Assembly: GCA_951406725.2 (NCBI GenBank)
Contig: OX597815.1
Span: 89,900,001 to 89,964,000, forward strand
Source of the DNA: Octopus vulgaris
Lineage: Eukaryota
Length of the DNA: 64,000 nucleotides
Direction of reading: 5' to 3'
Below the pieces are notes generated by a model, which searched no databases, had not been told where the DNA came from, and saw only the letters and a program-made list of their open reading frames with translations. The position numbers and the translations under genes are program-made. Each line of letters opens with the position of its first letter. Position 1 is the stretch's first letter. Shown here piece by piece: positions 37,190 through 52,034 of this stretch.

Positions 37190-39040
37190 CTGTTGCTCTA
37201 TTTCCGTGAACTGAGTATTTCCAGGTTTTTGTGCAAATTTGTTGCTGCATAGCCTAATGCACCTATGATGAGAAGTACAAAGGAGAATTCATAGTCAGGG
37301 TACAAGAGCTGTAAGTTCCGCATTAATTCGTTGTTATAAATATCCTCCTTTTCTTGGATATTTGTAAACTCACATCCGCTGGGCAGCTAAATTCAACAGT
37401 GCATGACTTGTGTTGCCTGTCCCACAGAACAATATAAAGTATGTTATGTTTCCTCCGAATTAATGTTTATATCGGGATGTTCCACCAGTATTCCTTGATT
37501 TTAAAGGTGTGAATACCTGCTATTTCTGACATGCCTTTGCTGTATCCATCAAGGCACTTCTTCCTACGGATATCATTGTAAATAGTCTTTGCAACTCTAT
37601 CATGCCTCAGGAGGTAGGTAGTATTTCGTAGACATTTTGGGGCAGCTGCTGCTGATGTGGGTCCTATTTTCCACACTTGGTATAGCAGAGCCGACATTTT
37701 TTATCGGAAGGTGGAGGCTTGGCAGTATCTCTGTCCGTCTTGTTTATCAGGTGCTTAATAGATATGTTCCTGGATAGGGAAGGCATATGCGCCAAGGTTG
37801 GATGTAATATATCTGTTGCAGGTCCAGGAGGGGCTAATCTTCCTGTGAATGTCGTTTTACTCTAGCTGACGGGATATGTACCCATGCATTGTCCTTTGTT
37901 GGCATGATGCCAGCTTCTCCTCTAAACCTCTATTTAGGTAGACCACTACATCCTCCTTTGGGTTGCAGGATACAGTTGTATTCTCATAGTACCTGCACAG
38001 TAGTTCTTCTCCACCTCTGAAGATGTTGCTTTCTTAATTTACTGTTCAACAGGTGCTGTCTGAGTGATACAATGAAATATTCAAAGGCTGTTTGGACTGA
38101 CCTTATGCAACTACCGCTATCATTTTGTCTTACGTAAATCTGAGTCAACTTAATGTGGAATTTGCTAGTGGTGGTCAGTACCATTCTGGTTTCCATGTCC
38201 ATGCTGAGTATCTCATGGAGTGTCCACTTCGATATCAGAAATATTGATACTAGCACTGGGATTGCAAAAGCATTGTGAAATATCATCTTGTTAAATGTAG
38301 TCAGCTTTGGGTTTCATATTTTCTGGAGTCTACAAAAGTACTCTTTTGTTATTCTAGTTTTAGTTACAGCACAAAAATTTATGCAACATTCTCGTCGATT
38401 CCGAGGTACTTGTAGCTTTCATCATATAAGATAGGGGAGATATAGTCAAACCGTTGACGTACATGTCCTCTCTCTGGCTGACAACCATTTCTCAGTTGAC
38501 TATCACGTATAAGCATTTACCTTGCCTAAACTCGTGAGAATGTTGTAATTAGTTCTAATTATTTTGGGGCCACAGGGATCTCTTTGTTCTTGGGGTAAGA
38601 GTAGTCCATGCAACCGTCAGCCAATTTGGTATATTTAGCTCATCGTCCATTGTTTATTTTAAACGAGTTCGTAAGAATTTCTCTGTAGAACGTGAGCTTT
38701 TTGTACATGCAGCCTACTATCAGGTCTCCCCTAGATGATTTTCCATTCGGCAATAATAAGCGTCAGGAATGTTTTACTAGTGATGCTGTATGTTTTGGAA
38801 GAGGCATTTACACATTACTCACTTCGTAGGTTGTTTAACCATGTTTTATCGCGATGGTGTGCTTTGTTTACGTTCCATATTCCCTGCCAAAATGACTCTG
38901 ATCTTCCTGGGGAGAAGCCTTTACTGCTTCGATGGTGTTGCCTTCCATACTGCGATATACAGCTTGTAGGTTTCGAGTAAACTTTCGGTTTACCTTTTTC
39001 TGCTCATGTAATTTTTTACACTAACGTAGTTTTTCATTTA
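37190..39040 (-). mobile_element. R4/Dong-like LINE with restriction-like endonuclease, decayed
   Basis: KYLGIDE; NAFAIPVL...W...MDMETRMVLT; RHDRVAKTIY; YWWNIPI; ELMRNLQLLYPDYEF...IIGALG. Confidence 0.8.
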
Positions 39041-39120
39041 CCGCACGTAGACCGTGTTTGAGGATAAGTTTTCCTGTGAGTGTTTCCCGGCGGCAGTTTC
39101 AATACAATTTCGCGAACCTA

Positions 39121-39208
39121 TCATGCAGTCGTAGCCAGTGGTTCGTGAAGTCGTAGTTGGCGATTCATAAACTCGAAGTTGGTGATTCGTGAAGTCGTAG
39201 CTAGTGAA
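39121..39208. repeat. 22-bp tandem repeat, four diverged copies
   Basis: tcatgcagtcgtagccagtggt / tcgtgaagtcgtagttggcgat / tcataaactcgaagttggtgat / tcgtgaagtcgtagctagtgaa. Confidence 0.8.
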
Positions 39209-39299
39209 ACAAGCAAATCGGCATACCAAGACTTCTGTAACACTAAATTCTGTAGTAGCTTGGTCCTTCGTTTTAGCTAAGCTGTACACTACAAATAAA

Positions 39300-39890
39300 A
39301 AAAAGTGCGCATCGAAGAGCAGATCAACATTATAAAAGAATCAGATGACAGCAGTTAAATTACCACAGAATGGAAAGCCACGGAAACTTGTCTGGTCACG
39401 AATGTAACCCAACATCAACAATAGGTTATCCGCAAGATGAATTAAATGGTTGGGAATCAAAGTTTGAAAAGCTGCTCAACTGTAACACAACACCCACGGA
39501 CAATTTTGTTGTGACAATAACCTCACCGCTGGGAATCCCTATTTACTTCTTTTATTTCTTCCGATTCTAAATTCTGCGAATATTTCTAGTGAAGCTCCAT
39601 TGGAATTCAAGCTGAGCATTCGAGACCCTATCAGAAAGCTACTCAAATCAAACCAAAACGGCTTTCACATAGACCGTTCCACACATGAACCTATTTTGAC
39701 TTTTTGCCAACTCACTGCAACCATCTCAGCAAAGAACGATACGTGTGTTAGTGGATTTCAAAAGGCTTTTCACTGTCCATCATGTGCAACTGCTTCAGAT
39801 TATCTCTATCAATGTCAATGACATTGAAAATACTACCCGCTCTATATATGCAGACTTCAAAACTTTCGTATACACACTTGACTGGTAAAA
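39300..39890 (+). mobile_element. Decayed LINE (RTE-like) RT fragment
   Basis: NQNGFHIDRSTHEPILT...GFQKAF resembles NQxGFRxxRST..QI...VDFxKAFD. Confidence 0.55.
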
Positions 39891-41122
39891 ATATTAAGTG
39901 TTTGATCATTACAGAAATTTAAATGACATAGTTATTTAATATTTCACAAAAGAATGTATTGATTATGTTATTCTTTTAAACCAAAGCTATTTGCAAATCC
40001 AATAAGTCTAAATAAAACCTTGATGTAATTTTGATTTACATATTACGTCGATTTTTACTATATCTACAGCATATTTTCTTATGTAGTATACATCAATAAT
40101 GCGTAAGTTTAAAGTTTCATAGCCAAGAATAATTATTATGTACATTGCTTCCATTGGAAATATATCTCGTACACAAACATCTAGCAACGCTGTTATCATT
40201 TTAAAACTTTGGAATATTAAGGTTAAGACTACAAGATATATTTCCTTTCAAACTTAATAGCCCCTTAACAGACGCTTGTCCTCAAGAGATTCAATATATA
40301 TAATATTTATGATCCTATTAATTACATACGAGACCATGCGAGTGTATACAAATATTGGGCTACCACACAACAACATTTAGAGCTATCATAGGTTATTACT
40401 TAGTGTAAATAATTGGGCAACATTATAATTGGACTGCATTTTAACGCACTGTTTCCATTTTATATAGCTTGTCACTTAATAATACATTAATTACCTTTTT
40501 TCTACGGTGCTGGTGCACGGCCTACTTGTTATCAGCAATTACCGGTTCTCACGCTCTTGTCCCAGAATCAAATTAGCCTTTTCTGTGTTTGTTGTTCATT
40601 GATGGCAAGTCTCCAATATTATTTGCAAATGATCCCTTACACACAGCGCAATGTAATGTGAGAAGTTGAGTTGTGTTTCCTGCTAGCTGCAGTACGGCAT
40701 AAATCGTTTTTCCTGTTTCTTTCTTTTTTTCTGCTCTAAAGGTAATTATTGAATGTTTAACATAAACCGTTGGACCAAACTTGAGATTCAGTTAACTATT
40801 CTATATTCGTATGCTTGTTACTGTTTTCTTGTTTTCTTTTTTGATACAAACATTTTAATATGCATGCATTTCATCTGTATGAATTACCGTAATACAAGCA
40901 ATAAGGAAAGAATAAGCATAAACAGGAAATGCGACACCGAATGCGATTAACTTTCACTTCATGTGGGACATACTACGAGTATGGCATCTTATGACACAGA
41001 CACTGCATATAAAAGGTGATGTATTCATATTTCTTTAAAATGGATTATTGCATTTCTTTAATGCAACATTCCTTTGCCGAAATTTTAAAATGTGATTGAA
41101 ATTTCCAACTAAACATAGAACC

Positions 41123-41420
41123 CATATTATGCTGTTGTGTCTGGGGAGAGTTATTTTCTTTTTGTGCCTTATAATGTAACACACTCACCGGTAAAAATGT
41201 CCACTTATTTCTTATTTTCCTAATATTTTCGTTGCGTCTTGCAAACTTTTCAATAGTCTTGACTCTCAATAAAAATAAGAAAAAAGTGGAAATTTTACCG
41301 GTGAGTATGTTAAATTATAAGGCACAAAAAGGAAATGACTGTCCCCGGACACAACAGAATATGCTTCAACACACGAACTCATATAAAGAATCTTGCAAAC
41401 CAAATCCAAAAACGAAACAT
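41123..41420. mobile_element. Fold-back pLTR-like insertion; the spacer holds a U3-A8 hammerhead motif on the minus strand
   Basis: Arms 41123-41218 and 41272-41363 are inverted; minus-strand spacer reads cta-TTGAAAA-gtttgc-aagac-gcaac-GAAA-atat-tag. Confidence 0.7.
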
Positions 41421-44064
41421 TATGCTACTTTTGAATAAATGGATTCTGGTACGTATACAAAACGACTGGTTGCTTGAACATAGCGAAAAACTGAACATTT
41501 ACGTACTACGAGTTAACTCATCAATTCTTGTTCGCAAAATTTCAATGCTATCCTTGTTTCATAGTCTATGAGAAAGTCTAATGATCCTATTTTTTTCATA
41601 AATTAACAACAATTCTATGTGGAGCAGAAAAAAGTAGCTACCGAATCAGAATGAAGGTTTTCATACATGTCGCTCATTGCGGTGAATAATAAACACTTGG
41701 AATGCTTGATTATTTTGCGCACATAGTAAAGCATAAGATAATAGATTTTGAAATGTTTCGGTTTTAAGGTAAACTATAAGAACGAATATGGTAGGCTTGA
41801 ATGGGTAGAAATAATCAGTGGGAACTAAAAGTAGTTAGTATTAAGGCCTCACAGACGATTTGTAAAGTGACACACTAATTGGTTGTAATTGGTATCTATA
41901 TTAAAATTCTATTTTACACCATGTAATCCATATTGGTCAGAATTTGATGCTGAATTTGAGGTACATCAGACATTAGATGAATCACCAGATACATTTCCAG
42001 AGTATTCAGTTTCAAGATGAAAGTACTAAAAGATAGAAAGAAGAATGCAGTTGAGAAAATTTTAACACTACGTTTACTCGGCTGAATTCATAAAGAGGAG
42101 AATTCAAAATGTTCTTCTGCTTATGAACATAAAAGAACAGTTGATTTTGTAATATTCGTTCGGCAAAATTTCTAGGGGATTATCTATAATGTTTGAAACA
42201 TTTGGTAGATCATTGTATGCTACCAAGTATATAGCTAATCCTACGTTCGATAGCAATTCGCCGGCGAAATTCCTTCTGAAGCCTGAGTAAACTATTGTAG
42301 TACCAATGGAATATACAACAACATACATTTAGGAAATGGATGCTATACATATTTCTATCTCATCATCATGTACAACTTTTATGATAATAGTAAAAGCAAT
42401 TATATTATTCTGTTGAATAAAGACAGTGTATCGAGAGGACTATTATGTTCCTTTCGGTTAGTTCTGAAAAGAAATAGTTCGTCAGTACTCCAGGTTTGAT
42501 AATTAACAGTGGTATTTATAAATATATGTGAGCTTGAGTGTGCATGCATGCTGCACATTTGTTCAATATATCAAAAGTTGATGATTTACACAAGATTTTG
42601 TCCTGAGCTAGATTCTTCACAACTGTTGGGGAGATTAAGAGAAGTCTCTTTGGAAACCCAAGTCACAGTGTAGGTATCTGAAAGCTTTGGGTGGGTGTAA
42701 ACAGGTTGAAACACTCTTTAACTCAACATATTTTTGACAGTTACTCGGGATTTAAATCAAACAGTTTGGAAAAGGTGGAATTATTGGGGATGAACTATAT
42801 TCTGGTTGAAATGACAGGTTTTAATTGATTTATTAGAGAGATGTTAAATTTTTGGAATGGGTTATTGTTCTGCTGCAGAGCGCAAATTCTACATTTAGCG
42901 ATTATAGTGAAATGGAAATACATGTAAGCACCTCTAAACTAAATACATTTATCCAAAATTCACACAAAAATCACACACGTATGCATGCACACACATTAAT
43001 AAAATGTGGCACAGGACGTGGACTAAGGTATACACGGAATAAAGGAAAAAACATATAGTGGACATGCGCAAAAGTCACCACAGTTCCGACACCTATACAC
43101 ACACATATGAATATATGTGTATAGATATGTGAATGCAAATCACTTACATATACACATACATAAACATAATCGCGTGCGCACCCCAGATATATGTATGTAT
43201 GCATTATGTGTATGTGTGAGTACACATTTGGATCTACTTAAATGCACTTTTCCAAGTTTACCCCAGTAAATCTCAGACTGTAAGTATTACGTTATGCGTT
43301 TATATGATATCGTCTCTATACTGTGTGAGATTTCTGCAAGCAGATATGTATGCAAATATTTATCGCTATATATTACACCTATTCCACTGTGTATGCCCAA
43401 TTTAATGCGTGACTGTGTCTAAGGAATTGCACGTTCTTTCAAATATAGCGTGACAATAAGCAAATCAATAAAGAATGCAGACACATATGGACACGCAAGG
43501 TCAACCCTCTCGCACATAGATAATTATAAACAACTGCACATATACACACACACAGACACATATATGTACATGTGTGTTTCTCTGTACCTGTGTCCGTGTG
43601 TGTATGTGTGTGTACATACACACTAACAAGCGCAAACACAATTATATATGCATGTGCGTGCATTTGCTTATAATATATATTTGTGTGTGAATGTAAAAGT
43701 ACTGTCATTTTGCAACCGAGTTGTTTATCAATGTTTATTAATCAACTGCAAGAGTATCTTTATAATGACAAGCTGTCAAGCCCAGAACAACTTATTCTCT
43801 ATTTGCCATTTATTATTGCTATTTGAATTATTTCTTATATATCTCTGCTTTACTGATAAACGTATAATTTTAATATCAAAATTGACAACTCATTGCGTAG
43901 ACTTCTGATGAGCGTTGAATTATTACCACAACTTTTTGAATTACCAATAATATATACAATATTGTGAGTATATATGCGTTTCTCTTTACATGCACTCAAA
44001 TACATATACTTTCAAGCACAAACACACGTAGAAAGTATATTCAGAGAAAAAAATATACTACTGC

Positions 44065-44197
44065 ATGTATGTATGTATGTATGTATGTATGTATGTATGT
44101 ATGTATGTATGTATGTATGTATGTATGTATGTATGTATGTATGTATGTATGTATGTATGTATGTATGTATGTATGTATCTATCTATCTATCTATCTA

Positions 44198-44240
<43 letters not shown>
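44065..44240. repeat. (ATGT)n-(ATCT)n-(AT)n microsatellite
   Basis: Directly visible; representative of many similar tracts across the window. Confidence 0.95.
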
Positions 44241-44244
<4 letters not shown>

Positions 44245-46825
44245 TAGAGAGGATTTGTGCTTGTGCGTTTCTGTGTGTGCGCCCGTGAGTATATACTGTG
44301 TTTGAGTCTATCTGTATGCGGGAGTATGTATGTATATGGGTAGGAAATTAAACACTTGTACTGTTTCTTTGTCTGTGACGCAAGCATATACACATACATG
44401 CATACAGGTATACACATACATACAGACAGACAACCATATGTACATAAATACATACACATATTTATTCACTTTTTTATTTATTAGATTTCGAATGAAAATC
44501 TGCTCTGATTATGCAAGCATTATCGATTGTACATCCATAGTGTATGTGATTTGTTTATATGCCAATTTTCTGCGTCATAGCATGAAGGAAAAGCTCCCTA
44601 AACGATACTGAGTGTTAAAGATCACTGAATGTCGTAGGCAGGTGAAGCAACTCGCCCGATGTGATTAAGAATGTTATATATCGATATTTCGCTCCTTGTA
44701 TATCTCGTCAGTGTTATTCAGCATTCTTGAACACTCGGCATTTTGTAGTGAGCTTTCTCAAGACGCTATCTCGCACAAAAGTGCACATACAACGTGTATG
44801 TGCGACCGATAATGTTTATTTTATCGGAGGTGCATTTAATTATAAATTTCATTTTTTTTTCAGATGTACTACGCCACAACACAGCAAATAGACTATTTGC
44901 ATATATGCCCCAGACGAACATAGACACACACCACGCAAACACGCACAAACGCTCAAACACACACACACACACATTTAAACACTCAAACACACGCACACAA
45001 ATACTCAAACACGCGCACACAAAGATCCAAACACAAACACAAACATATACACACAAGCGCGCACGCACACACAGACACATATGTACATTCCGATTTAACC
45101 AATTATTACTTCATAAGTTCTTTTTATTCTATTGGTCCAACCTTGACGAGGTTTTCAGTATTTTATATTTCACGAGTAAACTTCAATTGAAGTGTAATTA
45201 ATATTTGATTATTACAAACACTGCAAAGCTTAAACTTTGCATGTATGCGTTACTCTCCTATTTTTACACATATATTATCGAAACGTTTTTTACTTAGCCA
45301 ATTTTGTATTAAAATAGCTAAAATTAAAACAGAGCATTGGACCTTTTCACTTGTATTAGATAGAAGTTGCATAATTTGGTCACAAAAATGAACATAGTGG
45401 CTTTAAGTATATTATTACTTTGCTCCCACAATAAATGTGTATGTGTATGCTTTTTACTATAGTGAAAAATAGAATAGCTGACTTAAAAATTAGGCCTTTG
45501 TATTTAGTACTCACTTGAGTACTATTACTTAATTTCGCATGGAGAAATATATTATCCGCAAACATCTTTTTCAAGGAAGTTTTTATCATTTTCTATCGGC
45601 TTTCTCAATTACACGCTGCATTTTCTTTTCTCTTTTAAATTCGATAGTTTTCACTAAAGGAGGTAAACATTTCTCTCTTTCTTTGATGGGTTTATTTTTC
45701 AGTTCAGGAACATCAAAAGAAAGCTGTCAAAAAGATAAGATAAAAATAGACGTTTAATTCCTTAGCCATTATACTGAGATTAGTATCTTTAAATATATGA
45801 AAGGTGTGTCAATTCCAGAAAGGGAGAGGGGGAAAAGCAGAAAATTGTTTTTGAATATCAAAGAAAACCTTGTATTAAAAACAATGAAACCCTCACTTGT
45901 TCATTGAATAATGGTATTCTTGAAAAAGAATCATGTATTATAACAAAACATTCGATACTTGCGTCAATAATCCAGAATGTGTTGTTGGAACAATTATTTG
46001 GTAAATAACAAAAATGTGCTGGTAAAAAACATAAAACCGAAAATCTCGATATTCTGCGACTCTGTTGCTTTGACATGCGAGAAGGTCATCTGTAGAATGA
46101 AATGAATATTGCTTAAAATTGCAAATTTGATTCGGAAGCTGTTGTATAATTTCGGTGTGTCTTTCTTATCTGGTTGCTGGGCAACTTATTCCCTTAATCA
46201 TTATACAGTATTACTAGAAATAATGTTTAACAAAAGTATATCGTTATATCTTTCGAATTTTGAAGAATTCGGCTCAATTTGTAATCGTTCTCCTATGTAG
46301 TTAACCAAATTAGTGAAAAAAGCAGAGACTATGGAAATGAGATATTGTTTTATTCGAGAGATTCTCCAGATATGAATTCTATTGTACAGCATTACAGATC
46401 ATTAAATCAAAACTTCAATTCTGAAAATTCTAATGGACTTTATCTTTATTTGTAACACTTCATGAAAAAAAAAAATGTACGAATTTATTCGCATTATTCA
46501 AGAAAGTATGAACTAAAAGATTTAAAAAATCATGGGAAACTGATGACAACGTTAGACATATATGTTAATTTTAATCAATATAAACATAATGCATGAATCA
46601 ATTTCACAAAAAATTAGCTTTTCTATGCAAAAGCAAAAATTGCACGTATGCCAGGTTTTTAATAGATGCTCTGTCTGTCTGTCTGTCTGTCTGTCTGGCT
46701 CTCTCTCTCTCTCTTCTTCAGACATTCTTAGTTAAGAATTATTAATTTGCACTTTACGAAAGTATGGTGTAAGCCATCATATTTATATAAGTTTGTTTTT
46801 ACTATAACTGAACATAAGAACTTTA

Positions 46826-46881
<56 letters not shown>

Positions 46882-46889
46882 TATATATG

Positions 46890-47620
46890 TTTCTCATCCA
46901 CTGTTCGATAATCACGCGCCATATTTCATCCAAGCGCTCGCCGCCAGCGGCTTCTCCCAACATATAGAATATACATCCCTAATACTAGGCTCAAACAGCA
47001 TATATCTCAAATCATATCACAACGACATGCTAACCATCACAACAGACCACACATACAGTATACTAGAACCCCGATAAAACCCAGATTAAGACAACTTTGA
47101 CCTCACATGCACACATATAACACTAGGTCAAAAGCTAAAACAGCTAACAATAACGGGCCGTATTATCCCCCTCTAATTTCTAAATGTATAGATAACACTA
47201 ACCTTAAGCAACCAAAAAAAAAGCGCTGGACGCTCTATTCTATGGTATACACCACCCTTCTCACTAAACGTTAGGAACTTAGCTAAATCTTTTTTAATAT
47301 ACTTGACTCCAACTTCCCTCGTCAGTATAAATATTGCTCCATCTTTAATAGATCTATCTTAAAGCTATCCTACTCCTTCCCGCCCAAATTTGAGTCTATC
47401 GTAACAGCCTCTAATAAACAAAAAGTTTCTCTCTATTATCAAAACTTACATTGTAACAACTCTGAATACATGAGCGCCCAACATATACATAGCTCCAATA
47501 TAAAATCCTATACATTAGACCAAAACAGAAACCTAACTAATACCACTAACACTAACCAGAATACTACTACCACAACTTCCGCCACTATTACAGATAGGAT
47601 GAATAACAACAATCATAGAA

Positions 47621-47656
<36 letters not shown>

Positions 47657-48351
47657 TTAATAAAATCGACCAATCTACCCCTATCTCTAACCTCTCCTCT
47701 GACAGAATAACCCCTCCATTCTTGAGAATAATCCCCACAATGCACTACCATGTAACTGCCGTCCTTGGACCATGTGCCTTCTAGAAAGCCATTGCAGAAG
47801 GTCTAATGTAATTTATAAATGCACCGTCCTCAACACGTTACACAATTCTACAACTAAATATATATAGGATCAACTATAAATTTTAAACAAGTATACGCTG
47901 CGCATATCAATTCTTTTAGATACGAGAAACACAGTAAATCCACAACACTCGCCATTAACATACATCACCTGAAAAATAGAAATATTCCCTACATCTTGTC
48001 ATAGTCCATAATAGATTCAGGGCTTCCATAATAAAGTCAACGCTCAGCCTGTAAGATATGCCTAAAAGAGGTATTTCACATATTAAAACACAACTCTTCA
48101 ATACTACTAAATAAATATAATGAGACTCTAGGTACATGAAACAACCACTTTTTTATACCTTCAGATTCTATCACAAATCTAAATGCAACCTAAATGACCA
48201 CACAGCACATATCCCCAACACCACTTAGGTATTCCACAACAACCCTATTTAACTTTCCATTAATATTGTAACTCTCCAGTCTTATTTTAATTGTTTAATA
48301 CTGTATATAGGGACATGCATACGCATACGTATGCGGATGTATGTGCGTATG

Positions 48352-48402
<51 letters not shown>

Positions 48403-48876
48403 GTAATGAGAGAGAGTTTTTTCAACGCGCGAGAATGAGGATATTTGAACGTAACTGCAGATATAATCGGCTGTGCCATTCGCCTTTATTCAGCTTCGTG
48501 TGGATGTTGGCGTTCGACTCAGCAAATTATATTTTTTTGATATACTCGACTGAAGATCCGAAAATGATTATGTAAGTAAAATGACACAATCTATTAACGG
48601 TGAAACAATTGTATAGAGTTAATCTATTTTTTCATTATTCTTCATTTGTTCTGCTCGCTTACATTCTTGGCGCGTTGAATTAATTCTCGAGAACATTTCT
48701 TTAGTGCTTGATTCCCTTCGTGCATCTATATCTAGCGTTAGATTGACCGCATTTGGACTCTCTCTCATTACTTGTATTAATAATCTTTACTGTATCTCAG
48801 TCTTTATACGCTAGGCCACTTGGTGTTTTAAATTGATGTTATTAATTAATATTCAATTGTTTCACCCTTATTGTGA

Positions 48877-48923
<47 letters not shown>

Positions 48924-48996
48924 CGTGTGTGTGTATGTATGTATGTCTATGTTTACATGTGTATGCATGCATGCGTATGAGTATATATGTATATAC

Positions 48997-49039
<43 letters not shown>

Positions 49040-49935
49040 TGTGTGCGTGCGTATATCGATATACACTGCTGTCTTTCTTTCTCACTGATTCCCCTACCCA
49101 CGCTATCACATTAGCCAATAGAATAAGCACATAAGTCTATTTATAGAAACTTGACCATTCTTAGTATTCCTCCCTTCCATTTTGCGATTTGCTACTCACT
49201 TTAGAAACTCCCCTGCTATACCTTTTTTGTACCCATCACTTAATGACATTCTAACCTATCACCCGACATCATACATTTCACACATATTTATTACTTACAT
49301 TCCTACCCTTTCCTATCCCTCAACTAACTAGCATTTCTCTTTTCACTTTTTCACTTTCTTACACTTTTCCTCTTCTCTTTTTGTTTTCATTGTCTTCCAC
49401 TTAGTTTCCTTCTTCTTTTCTCACCTTTTCTTTTGACCCCTCTCTTCATTTTAACATACACATCTCTTCTCTCTCTATCCACTTACTACTACTACTACTA
49501 ATATCATTCTCAAATTTTCATTCACACCACAAGATACCTTTGAATGAGCAGTACATGTAATCTACGTCTCCCCACTTTCCATTTGTGATGACAAAATATG
49601 ATATCCAAATGGAATTCACATACCACGGAGAGGAAGCATTTCTACCACTTCTACACACCACTTTCCTTGGATAATGGAACTCCAACATCTTTATACATTT
49701 TTTATTTTTACTTCTACATTCATTCTCCTATTTCCCTATATACATCATATTTGCCTCTTTACAAAAATAACTCCTAGTATTGAACTCTAATATTTCCCTC
49801 TATTTAACCATCCCACATCGTCTCTGATGTAAGGAATATCCCTAATATCTCAGAAACAGCTGTAAGACTAATTCTCTCTTTATAAATGTCCTGAAAATTC
49901 CATACACCCTTGCCTTTGTCGTCTAATTTTATTTA
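46890..49935 (+). mobile_element. 5'-truncated Penelope-like element (Neptune-type), decayed
   Basis: FDNHAPYFIQALAASGF; LDSNFPRQYKYCSIFNRSILKLSYS; CNC...CRRSNVIYKC; HINSFRYEKHSKSTTLA; pyrimidine-rich 3' region ending in a hammerhead at 49820. Confidence 0.75.
49820..49868 (+). ncRNA. Minimal Type I hammerhead motif, A9 mutated
   Basis: gtct-CTGATGT-...-GAAA-cagctg-TA-agac; palindromic stem III. Confidence 0.7.
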
Positions 49936-49965
49936 ACACACACACATACGTATACACACACATAC

Positions 49966-50087
<122 letters not shown>

Positions 50088-50242
50088 CGCAAACTGGCAG
50101 AATCATTAGCATTTCGGGCCACTGCTTAGCGGCCTTTCGTCCGGGATTACAATCTGAGTTTAAATTCCGCTGAGGCAGTCTTTGACTTCCATCCTATTGG
50201 GGTAGATAAAATAAGTAGCAGTTGAACACTAAGGTCGATGTG
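50088..50242 (+). mobile_element. tRNA-derived SINE related to the 12810 family, partial
   Basis: ctggcagaatcattagc...gagtttaaattccgctgagg...ttccatcctattggggtagataaaataagta. Confidence 0.65.
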
Positions 50243-50963
50243 TATACATACGAACTATTTTTCATCCATAATTATGATAAATGTTCGGAAGCATCTAAAG
50301 AATTCAACATAAAATGAAACTAGCTTGCATAGAACAGCCTGTATTCAAAACTTTTCTTTCAACAGCATAAATAACACGTAATAACGTAACATTAAATTGA
50401 ATAGTTTACTGTGGATGGTCCTATAGATAAAACCATTTGCATATTAGGATTGAATTGTGTTTTTGTGCCGAATTGAGTTTCTGGAAAATATCGTTCTACA
50501 AGTTGATTATATTTGCGGCTTCATCGACTTGATATTCATTGCTACTTAAATAATATGTACTCTGTTATGCATTGGTTCATTCATCAATATGACATTTAAG
50601 CCATTGAAAATCAATTTTACCCTACATTTTATACTTATCGCCTCCCTTTAAACACGAAAACCTTTTCAAATACATTTCAAAGAAAGTCAAATATATAATA
50701 TTGTTATATATTATGAGAGACGAAAATCTCGGAGGTATTCTTCTGCATTTAAATAAAATTATTTATTAAGTCATGATTATATTTCACATCTACGCAAGAC
50801 TTATAGACGGTATGAGAATGGATATTGATATTTGACCTAGTTCTTTAATGGTATTTATTTTTAACAGGTTTATGGATTTGTACTGAACATATAAAAGCAT
50901 TAAATATTTTTCCAAATTCGCTGTTGTATTAGTAACGTTATATCACCATGTGTGTGTGTATGT

Positions 50964-51022
<59 letters not shown>

Positions 51023-51073
51023 TAAATAGATAGATAGGTAGATAGATAGATAGATAGATACATACATACATAT

Positions 51074-51170
<97 letters not shown>

Positions 51171-51965
51171 CATACATATACATACATATACACACATACA
51201 AAGTCTACAAAGGATACTCACCATTCCCTATGTTTAATGGAAAGCAAATAAACAGTTATTATATCAAAGTTAAATAAAGAAATATAATTCTGTATTTAGT
51301 TCTGGAAAACATGCCAAACAAATTGCGTTCAAAAGACTATGTGGCACTTAACAGTATACACTAGGTGCGAAATAGTTTTCTATTTATAAAACGTTAAAAT
51401 GTTAATTTAGTTTGGGAGAGTGACTACAGACTCCTTTGGTATTGAAGAGTCAGCAGTCACAATAATATGCAGCTCTGAATGCTCTTATTTTCGTCCTTGT
51501 CGAATATTTTTATCAATATTAAGGTTTTAAAGCCAACTGCAATCTTCTTTCGATTCCCAATAGGAAGACAGTCCATTCGTAATGACATTTTTTAAGGTAT
51601 ACGAAGACATTTGTGAAAGGATAATGTTTGCAATTTCCTATAACTGTTTATGCTGCTATCATTGTCCTCTTTGTATTTGAATCCATTGACAAAATTATTG
51701 TTCAACGTAAACTTACAGCGTATCAATCACTGGCTAACTGCGCTTGTGAGTGCTTGGGAGCACTGGACTCTATACACAAGGATATCAATGGGTTTCCATC
51801 CTAAATCTTGATTTTCGACTCAAGTTTGTTTTCTTCGCAGATTTCTGTCGCTAAAGATATGCACGATAGATACACAGAAATACACGAACGCTCACACAAC
51901 CAGACACACATACTCAGATGCCATCGCGCGGTCGCACGCACATACACACACAATTAGATAGATAT

Positions 51966-52034
<69 letters not shown>

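Noticed and set aside
39121-39208. Short repeat array as CRISPR
   Set aside because: No spacers, no cas genes, eukaryotic context
40490-40747. Possible exon ending at aag/gtaatt
   Set aside because: No clear acceptor, reading frame or homology visible
43905-43911. Isolated CTGATGA
   Set aside because: No downstream stem II/GAAA/TH arrangement
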